From NCBI GenBank assembly GCA_964016885.1, contig OZ024742.1, positions 10,974,001-11,038,000 on the forward strand: a stretch of DNA of 64,000 bases, read 5' to 3'. This document shows positions 10,114 to 18,001 of this stretch, piece by piece; position 1 is the first letter of the stretch; each line of letters begins with the position of its first letter. Both the position numbers and the translations under genes were made by a program. The DNA comes from Eledone cirrhosa (Eukaryota). The notes below the pieces were generated by a model. That model was not told the origin of the DNA. It searched no databases and saw only the letters and a program-made list of their open reading frames with translations.

Positions 10114-13041
10114 TTATACTTCTCTTAGGTCAGTGTTGTTTGTTTGGGTGTTGTTGTTATTCCATTCATTCTTTCTGTTTAGTCTTGGCCTTCTAATTTC
10201 TATTTCACTGGCCTCTCTGATTTGCCTATCTGCTGGGTCATTTCTATGTTTAGATATTATTCTAATTTCTATGTTGTCTATGTTACCGTCATGTTGTTGT
10301 CTAGCATGTTCGTATAGTACTGACCCGTTTTTTCGTCCTTTCAGTTCCCCCCAGTGTTGGTCTATCCTTTCACCTATGCTACGAGCTGTCTCGCCTATGT
10401 ATGTTGTTGTCATGTTTCTGCAGGTACCCTCTGTACATCTTATGCTATAGACTACGTTTCTAGTTTTACAGTTTATCCGGGGGTTTACCTTACATATGAT
10501 ACATTTCCTATTAGTACAGTGGGTTTTCTTAAAAGGGTAGGTTTTGCTGATCAGGGATTTTATGATGGTTCCTGGCTTTTCTACCACCTTAATTTTTAAG
10601 TGGGTCTTTCTCAGGGCCTTTCTACACTGGTTAGCTAATTTCCCTCCGGGGGTAGCGTCCACAAACATGACACTCTGGTATCTCTGGTTGTCGTACCATG
10701 AGGTGGCTTTCCCTATCTTATGTCTAGCCCTATCTAAGCTATTCCATGATTTGCTCCTGTATAATGGGCAAATTCCTTTCATGTCCAGTTCTATGAGGGT
10801 CTTATACTTCTCCATGGCTCCTTCGTATACTCTAACTCTGTCTCTTTGGTTGTAGCCAGAGAACTGCATGCGGTTGATGAAGTGTTGGATGTGTCTTTCC
10901 ATTTCTGTTGGGTCGCACATGCGGGACACATTCTTCATCACTCGTACCAAATCTGCGATCAGAATATTAAACTTAGCACTACTGGACATTGCTGAGTTTT
11001 TGAGTATCAGGTATTTGGAGGCCATGGGTTTAGCATAGTGTGAGTGGAGAATTTGGACCCTATCGTCTATAGTGTTAATCCAGAGTTCTGTGTCTAATAC
11101 AGGTAGTCTATTGTTAGGGTGTTTGGAAGGGAAGTCGATAGTTACAGTTATACTCTGGTGTATGGAATTAGCTATCTGCTGGATGCTTTCCATCGTGCTA
11201 CGTTCTAAATCAAACATGTTAGTGCTTTCTAGTGGGGATGTTCTTATAACTACATTGATATCGTCTACATAACGAGAGTACATGATGAGGTCTATGGAGC
11301 TCTCATTAAGGAGATCTTTAAGTCTCCTTTCCCACCATAACATGAAAAGGTTGGCAACATCACCAGCTATGCTGACGCCAATGGCTGCTCCTTCATTTTG
11401 GGTGTAGATCTTCTCGTTGAACTTAAATATGTGGCCCTTTAGGGTAGTTTTGATACTAGCCCCTATTGCATGTGCAACCATTTTTCTTACCTGATCATTG
11501 TTTTGGGGGGTCTGTATAGCTTTGGTCCACCCAATCCACCTTCCCATGGGAGTCTTTTTTGCCATTGAGGTTATGGTGGGGGGTCTACCTCTTATAGGTC
11601 TACTGGGGCAGAAACGTCTAAGGTCATGGCTGTCTAGGTAGTCAGTGTCGTAGGTAAGTCTAAGTAGGAGGCCCAGTTCGTCTGTGTCGACGTCGCAGAG
11701 CTCCACCTCACTCTCAATGATCATCTCCACATATCTTTTCACAGAAAAATCAATGTTAATGGATGGGTACAGTGACACCACATCCATGCTGCCTATTATG
11801 CAGTTGGATAGGTTCCTGTTTTTGTTGCACTCACTGATTCTGCTGAGGAGGTCCTCTGTACTGTCACATACATCTGGGGACATCTTGATTATGGGGCGTG
11901 TAACCATTGAGAGGAAGTAGGATATCCTGTAGTTACTAGCTATATTAGCTCCGCATACGGGTCTTGTTGGTGGTCCTGTTGTCGGGTGGTCGACTGTCTT
12001 GTGGTCTTTGCGGAGCCCATACAAGGGTGGTATGCCATTGTTAGACGCCTGGAAGTTGTTGGCAGTGCGTCTGCTTGCCTTTAGGATGTCAGTCCACATC
12101 ATCATGTGAGCGTTGAGGATTTTCTCTCTCCCATCGTGTGTTTGTTGTGCAATTTCGCTCGTGTTGGTGATGTGGGGTTGCATAGCCTTGATGTAGTTCG
12201 GCATGCTATCTATTGACATCCTACCAGACTTATCCGTGGGTAGACATACTACCTCGCCATCCCTTGTGCGCTGCTTGAGGCTAACCAAGCCTTCTACAGG
12301 TTTCCTCCCAAGTTGTTGGGCCTCTGGTCTGCTCTGTCTCTTAGTATACCTGTCTACTATTTGTCTAATCTTATTTCTAGCTATGGTGAATTGTGCCTCT
12401 GTCTCGTCATCTATTTGTTGTGGTATGCAAACTCTTTTATTAAAGGGTAACCTCGTAGGATAGATATTACCCATCCTATATGTTTTGTCAGCTGGGTTGA
12501 AAAATGGTTTCTCTAAGGGTTTGTCATTATATCTATCGTCATAGTTGTGTGAGTTGCTATTATTGTTATCATGGTGGTTGTTGTTGTTTCTATCATTAGC
12601 ATTATTATTGTTATGATTGCTAGATGTATTGTTGTTTACTTCACCGTTATTGTTGTTGTTACTGTTATTTCTACCATTGTGGTTGTTACTTTTATTATGT
12701 TTCTTGTTTTTGTTGTGTCTATCATTGATGTTGCCACATGTACTATTTCCATTATTACCACTGTGGTTATTGTTGTTGTTCGTATTGTTACCGTTATTAC
12801 TACTGTGGTCGCTGCTGCTGTGTCTGTGGTTAATGTTTCTATTATTATTATTATTATTGTGGTTGTTGTTGTTCTGTCTATCGTTAGTATTATTACCATT
12901 ATTACTATTTCTCACTTTCCTGCCATTGTTATTGTTATGGCTGTTATTTCTATACTCAGAGTTATTGTTTATATTACTACTACCGTTATTATTGTTGTTG
13001 TTGTTGTTGTTGTTTACCTTTGCATTCCAACGTGTGTTCTG
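10114..13041 (-). CDS. PLE reverse transcriptase + C-terminal GIY-YIG endonuclease (N-terminally truncated, Asn-rich leader)
   Basis: PTDKSGR, PPLYGLRKDHK, TRPVC, SMDVVSLYPSI, YTQNEGAAIG...ANLFM, YSRYVDDI, LPVLDT, Cys linker CTNRKCIICK..CKTRN, VVYSIRC...YIGETARSIGERIDQH...RQIREA...LNRKNEW. The listed start at 12915 is GTG; the frame stays open to about 13041. Confidence 0.95.
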   Translation of the reverse strand, partial: QNTRWNAKVNNNNNNNNNNGSSNINNNSEYRNNSHNNNNGRKVRNSNNGNNTNDRQNNNNHNNNNNNRNINHRHSSSDHSSNNGNNTNNNNNHSGNNGNSTCGNINDRHNKNKKHNKSNNHNGRNNSNNNNNGEVNNNTSSNHNNNNANDRNNNNHHDNNNSNSHNYDDRYNDKPLEKPFFNPADKTYRMGNIYPTRLPFNKRVCIPQQIDDETEAQFTIARNKIRQIVDRYTKRQSRPEAQQLGRKPVEGLVSLKQRTRDGEVVCLPTDKSGRMSIDSMPNYIKAMQPHITNTSEIAQQTHDGREKILNAHMMMWTDILKASRRTANNFQASNNGIPPLYGLRKDHKTVDHPTTGPPTRPVCGANIASNYRISYFLSMVTRPIIKMSPDVCDSTEDLLSRISECNKNRNLSNCIIGSMDVVSLYPSINIDFSVKRYVEMIIESEVELCDVDTDELGLLLRLTYDTDYLDSHDLRRFCPSRPIRGRPPTITSMAKKTPMGRWIGWTKAIQTPQNNDQVRKMVAHAIGASIKTTLKGHIFKFNEKIYTQNEGAAIGVSIAGDVANLFMLWWERRLKDLLNESSIDLIMYSRYVDDINVVIRTSPLESTNMFDLERSTMESIQQIANSIHQSITVTIDFPSKHPNNRLPVLDTELWINTIDDRVQILHSHYAKPMASKYLILKNSAMSSSAKFNILIADLVRVMKNVSRMCDPTEMERHIQHFINRMQFSGYNQRDRVRVYEGAMEKYKTLIELDMKGICPLYRSKSWNSLDRARHKIGKATSWYDNQRYQSVMFVDATPGGKLANQCRKALRKTHLKIKVVEKPGTIIKSLISKTYPFKKTHCTNRKCIICKVNPRINCKTRNVVYSIRCTEGTCRNMTTTYIGETARSIGERIDQHWGELKGRKNGSVLYEHARQQHDGNIDNIEIRIISKHRNDPADRQIREASEIEIRRPRLNRKNEWNNNNTQTNNTDLREV

Positions 13042-13227
13042 TTATTAATTCTGGCAATATTACACAAATATGACCCTCCCCAAGTATAACAATATTTGTT
13101 TCGACACACGATTTCATATAAAAAACCTCGCAAAACTAATATTTATATATATATATAAATATATATATACAGATCTTTGTTTCCATCTTCCACGCTAGCA
13201 TGGGTTAGACATATATATATATACACA

Positions 13228-13645
13228 TATTAGTTTTGCGAGGTTTTTGATATGAAATCGTGTGTCGAAACAAATATTGTTATACTTGGGGAGGGTCATA
13301 TTGTTGTAATAATATTGCCAGAATTAATAACAGAACACACTTAACGTTTGGTTGGTTTTCGCTTCTCTGTCTTTTCTATCGGTTAATTTAATTTTTTTTT
13401 ATTCGGTCCTCAATGTTACCATTGACTGACCAACGGTCAAAAATACAGATACAATATAGACACAAACACATATAAATAGGCTAACAAAGTTCTTTTGTTG
13501 CACATCTGCAACATCGTCAGTGATGCTATTATGTTTCCTCCCGTTGTATTGTATGCCTACGTCATCTTTATTTAGTCTTATTAATTAGTCTGTTATTAAT
13601 TCTGGCAATACTATTACACAAATATGACCCTCCCCAAGTATAACA

Positions 13646-13646
<1 letters not shown>
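13228..13646 (-). mobile_element. Solo PLE family-B 3' terminus (pLTR-like) with degenerate HHR and short inverted end
   Basis: 13277-13570 is colinear with 9620-9915. The HHR at 13484-13524 has GAAA changed to AAAA. An inverted terminal copy lies at 13590-13646. Confidence 0.85.
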
Positions 13647-13698
<52 letters not shown>

Positions 13699-14129
13699 TA
13701 TATACACACACACACACACACGCGCATATATAAATATACATCAATACACATATACACATATGTGTATGTAATATTTATGGTTAATCATATGAAGTGGAGT
13801 ATTACATGGATACTGACTTGGTTAAGGAATACTAAATACTAACCATTATAATGCAGGTAATTACTTTGTAGATGGATATAAACATAAGTTAAAATTTACA
13901 TGAAAACTTACCTCGAACAACAGAGTTTTTAAATATAACATATACTCCTTTAGTGGTTAAATCATAATATATTTCTCAAGTCCCACACTTTGGCTCTGTG
14001 GCACCTTTCATCTTGCAAAACCTTTAACATGTCCTCCTCTATAATGAAACACTTTCTACCATCGTCTGTATTGCTGAAGATTACAATCTGTTGAAGTATC
14101 AGCTGCTTTTCCACGAGGGCACAAAACTG

Positions 14130-14418
14130 GAGACCACTGGCACTCCATCAGTTACAAAGATGAGTGTTTCAGTTGGTATGATCAACAAACAGTCTAATTA
14201 AAGTGTTTGAGCATTCCATGGACATGTGTGTCCTTGCTTAGTCCTCAGGGAGATTCAGTGGGGCACAGAATGTGACAAAGTTGTCTCTTCGAATTACAGG
14301 TACAACCCATTTTTGCCAGTTGAGTGAACTGGGGTAACGTGAAATAAAGTGTCTTGCTCAAGAACAGAACCTTACGATTGTGAGCTTAATACCCTAACCA
14401 CAAAGCCATGTGCCTTCA
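14130..14418 (-). mobile_element. tRNA-derived SINE (CORE-like body)
   Basis: The minus strand starts GTGAAGGCACATGGCTTTGTGGTTAGGG...CTTGAGCAAGACACTTTATTTCACGTT, matching 54346 onward. Its tail is similar to 15925-16115. Confidence 0.7.
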
Positions 14419-14439
14419 CACATTGGGGACTACAAGTAG

Positions 14440-14915
14440 CCAAACTACACAGAGTGGGACATAAACAATGGGGAAATAGTAGATATAATAACAATAAAAA
14501 ATAGACAAATGATGTAACAGATTAAGACCAGAAAGAAGAGGAGGCATAAACAAGAACAGATAGTCATTGAGGAGGTCACAGAATGTGTGACGTAAGAACT
14601 TTGATGAGCTAAATAAATAATTGTTTCTACTTTTGGCCAGCAATTATCCCAGTACATTACTGGTACTTTATTTTATCGACCCTGTAAGGATGAAAGGCAA
14701 AGTTAACCTCAGAGGGATTTGAACTCAGACCATAAAGGGGCGTAATTATGCTGGAAAGCATGGCGTCCGACCCTCTACCGATACTGCCAATCCACCACCC
14801 TAAACAATAATAACGCGTGTGTTTTTATATTGGCAATACTGGCAACATAACCATCCTTAGATATAACAATATTGGTTTCAACACATGATTTCACATCAAT
14901 AATCTTGCAGAATAA
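14440..14915 (+). mobile_element. Diverged PLE family-B 3' end with decayed HHR (14562-14604), interrupted by a SINE
   Basis: AGTCATTGAGGAGGTCACAGAATGTGTGACGTAAGAAC aligns to HHR-3. ATAACCATCCTTAGATATAACAATATTGGTTTCAACACATGATTTCA aligns to 13070-13116. Confidence 0.7.
14620..14800 (-). mobile_element. tRNA-derived SINE family S1
   Basis: B-box-like GAGTTCAAATCCC and body TTAACTTTGCCTTTCATCCTTAC.GGGTCGATAAAATAAAGTACCAGT, both on the minus strand. Confidence 0.85.
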
Positions 14916-14940
14916 ATACCTAAATGTAAGTAAATGAAAT

Positions 14941-15137
14941 GATTGTTTCTAATTTAGGTGGGGGGGGGGGATTCGATTAAATAGACCCCAGTGTATTACT
15001 GGTACTTTCTTTTATTGACCCCGTAAGGAAGAAAGGCAATTAACCTCGGCGGGATTTGAACTCAGAATGGCAAGGGCCGTAGCTCTAAGCGTCAAAGCAT
15101 GGTGTCCGACCCTCTACCGATACTGCCAATCCACCAC
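14941..15137 (-). mobile_element. SINE family S1
   Basis: Same head (GGTGGATTGGCAGTATCGGTAGAGGGTCGGAC) and body as the other S1 copies. Confidence 0.85.
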
Positions 15138-15408
15138 CAATTCAATAATAACGATAATACAAATCAATAATACAAATATCAATTAGTACCAGTTCTGCAA
15201 TGTGAGTGGAGGACTGCACACAAGGTCCTCGTTTACCCTGTACCCTCACCAGTATTTAAATGGCCCACATCTGACGTCTTAGAAAATCCTAATCAGTGTT
15301 GGTCCATCTTGGTTATCTCACTTCTCTCAACCATCTTTCAAGAGAAACAGAAGGTAGCGGAAATGTTGGGGTCGTCTTTACTGAAATAGTAACAATATGG
15401 CCACCGAA

Positions 15409-15610
15409 ATCATCATCAACGTCGTCACCGTCATTGCCATCATCATTGTCTTCATCATCAACATCATCATCGTCGTCTTCAACTGACGTGGTCGTCAACG
15501 TCGTCGTCGTCATCATACATATTACCCTCAGAATCATCATCGTCGCCATCATCATCAACACCATCATCATCTTCATCACCATTGTCATCAACCGACGTGG
15601 TCGTCACCTC
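15409..15610. repeat. Degenerate (CAT/CGT)n trinucleotide repeat
   Basis: CATCATCAACGTCGTCACCGTCAT... This explains the poly-D/S/M ORFs. Confidence 0.85.
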
Positions 15611-16139
15611 CACCGTTATCTTCCTACTCCGCCCCTTACTCTCCTTTAATACCAATCAATATCTGTTCTCATCCGTCACGTCAACTGCAGCAACATCAAT
15701 ATATGCCCTTATTTTATATTACATTATATATATTATTGTTTTAAATCCTAGTTGTTTTCACAACATTTTCTATCGGATATTTGAAATTATGATTCAAGCC
15801 AAGTTGATGACCCGTCAATTTCCCATCAGGGCATGAGTCAACCTCAACTCACAAATGAGTCACCACACCAGTTCCTTACTAATTGTATTAACAAATAACC
15901 ATATTATATATATAAATAAATAAAAGGGTTTCCGTCGGTTCTGGTGATGAGTATTCCAGTTGTTTGATCAACCGAACTGACTCTTTACTGAACTATAGTA
16001 CCACTGGCAGTATTCCAATTAGTTGATCAAACCAAACTACCTACTTGTTGAACCATAGTACCGCTGGCTGAGTATTCCACACACTTGTAGCGTTAATGTA
16101 ATTGTCAGGCAGAATCGGCGAACTACCGGTTTACATCTT

Positions 16140-16286
16140 TTAACGGGCTTCCACACAGATTATGTCAACCCGATTTCACTCAAGGATTCGGTCGACCCAT
16201 GACTATGTTACAAGATATTTTCCCAAGATACTATGAAATGGGATTGAACCCGAGGACTCATGATTGCGAACCAAACTTCTTAACCG
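16140..16286 (-). mobile_element. Diverged tRNA-derived SINE (family S3)
   Basis: Minus strand reads GGTTAAGAAGTTTGGTTCGCAATCATGAGTCCTCGGGTTCAATCCC; it is homologous to 50268-50422. Confidence 0.6.
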
Positions 16287-16296
16287 TTTGATCCTG

Positions 16297-16327
<31 letters not shown>

Positions 16328-16541
16328 ATGGGATAAGTTATCGTTTTAGGTAATTCAGTTAGAGGTTGTGAGTACTCTGTATTGTAGATAGTTTAACGTA
16401 CAGCGTTGTTTGACTCAACAAGAGGTTTCCTTAGTTAGGTAGCGAGTTTGCGAGAATTCCTATGCAGGTTATACTTGGAGTAATAATAGTGAAAGATTGA
16501 AGAATAACATGGTCGGCTGTACAAAAAGGGTTTTATTTCAG

Positions 16542-16652
16542 GTATTAACAATTGTTTCATTGATCAGGTGAGTCTAAAGGCCGCTAATCACTCGAAGTTG
16601 CGTCACTCGACCTTAAATACAGTGTTTACCTCTGATCAAATCCTCGGAATAC
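16542..16652 (-). ncRNA. Variant/degenerate type I hammerhead (HHR-5) within a probable PLE terminus (~16325-16680)
   Basis: GUAUU-CCGAGGA-U-UUGAUCAG[long loop]CUGAUCAA-U-GAAA-CAAUUG-UU-AAUAC. Stem III is palindromic (ACAAUUGU) and the core has U4C. Confidence 0.6.
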
Positions 16653-16673
16653 TGGTGAATTAAATAAATAAAT

Positions 16674-16707
<34 letters not shown>

Positions 16708-16712
<5 letters not shown>

Positions 16713-17356
16713 ATGAAAATATTGTGTACAGTGCTCAGGTGCACTACAACTCATCAAAAAGTGTATGTATAGTACATAGGGTAATGTACAAACGTCAGGA
16801 AAATGAACAGTGCATGAGTCATGATATACACATGTGCGCATGTGTATGGAAGGGGTACATCAGGTGTAGTTTTGGCGAATTTCGGGAGGCTTGAGGGTTT
16901 TAAAGGATGCAGTGTCTCGGCAGCTAACAACTGACACAGGCAGTTTGTTCCATGCTTCAGCAACTCTGAGCGAGAAAAAAAATGTTTCCGAAAGTCATGG
17001 GAGCTGTGCTGTTTTCTGATTTTGTAGGCATGTCCACGTGTGTTAGACACATGGAGATCAAAAAGGTGCTCAGTGTTGTTGTTGGCGAGATGGTTAATAA
17101 CTTTGTGGGTGTTTACCAAGTCCATTGCCAGACGTCGGAGCTTCAATGAATCCATGCCCAGGGAAGCAAGGCGTTCAGAGTATGGTAGGTGTCTGATGGA
17201 GGGTATGCGCTTGGTTGCACGTCTCTGAACAGTTTCCAGGCGGTCAATGTTCTGAGCAAGATAGGGGTTCCAGACTGATGATGCGAATTCCAAGTGTGGT
17301 CGTACCATAGCTGTATACAGCTTTAAATAGCTGGCTGCAGAGCGGCTAACAAAGGA
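16708..17356 (-). mobile_element. 3' fragment of a CR1/L2-group LINE
   Basis: LKLYTAMVRPHLEFASSVWNPY...LETVQRRATK...YSERLASLGMDSLKLRR...TRGHAYKI...FRKHFF, then a frameshift at the A-tract to LRVAEAWNKLP. The 3' UTR ends at (TA)n. Confidence 0.9.
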
Positions 17357-17447
17357 ATAGAAAAAACATTAGAAAAAACGAGGATGCATAGAGTGCTTGA
17401 TTTGGTACCACATCAGTATTTCACTGCACTTCCTACACTATATATAT

Positions 17448-17628
17448 GTGGATTGGCAGTATTGGTAGAGGGTCGGACGCCATGTTTTCCAACATAGAGT
17501 TACGCCCCTTTATGATCCGAGTTAAAATCCCGCCGAGGTTAACTTTGCCTTTCATCCTTACGGGGTCGATAAAATAAAGTACCAGTAATACACTGTATAA
17601 TTGCTGGCCATGTGCCAAAAGTAGAAAC

Positions 17629-17632
<4 letters not shown>
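17448..17632 (+). mobile_element. SINE family S1
   Basis: GTGGATTGGCAGTATTGGTAGAGGGTCGGAC...GCCTTTCATCCTTACGGGGTCGATAAAATAAAGTACCAG. Confidence 0.87.
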
Positions 17633-17673
<41 letters not shown>

Positions 17674-17699
17674 TCATTAATGCAGCTGACCTTAATAAC

Positions 17700-17889
17700 T
17701 GTTTCGACGTTAGGCACATGGCCAGCAATTACCCAGTGCATTACTGGTACTTTATTTTATCGACCCCGTAAGGATGAAAGGCAAAGTTAACCTTGGCAGG
17801 ATTTGAACTCTGAATGGAAAGGGCCGTAACTCTATACGTCAAAGCATGGCGTCCGACCCTCTACCAATACTGCCAATCCACCGCCCTGA
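17700..17889 (-). mobile_element. SINE family S1 with 17-bp target-site duplication
   Basis: CAGCTGACCTTAATAAC flanks the copy at 17683-17699 and 17890-17906. Confidence 0.9.
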
Positions 17890-18001
17890 CAGCTGACCTT
17901 AATAACATCAGCTTATTAGTGAACCAACTGTATGTGGCGGAGCTGACCTGCTAGAAACAACAACCAAATATCCCTTATATCATATTCCAGTGCTCATTTT
18001 C

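Larger units (their letters stand above)
9620..13092 (-). mobile_element. Penelope-like element (family B2), 5'-truncated with an inverted copy of its own 3' terminus
   Basis: The 3' end at 9620 (TTGTTATACTTGGGGAGGGTCAT on +) abuts (TA)n. HHR-4 lies in the 3' region. The ORF runs 10114 to ~13040, and an inverted terminal repeat lies at ~13033-13092. Confidence 0.93.

Noticed and set aside
10034-13089. Plus-strand hydrophobic ORFs (poly-V/L/I)
   Set aside because: They are antisense to the PLE ORF and its AAC/AAT tract.
14620-17889. tRNA genes suggested by A/B-box motifs
   Set aside because: No cloverleaf. The motifs are SINE heads followed by the shared SINE body.
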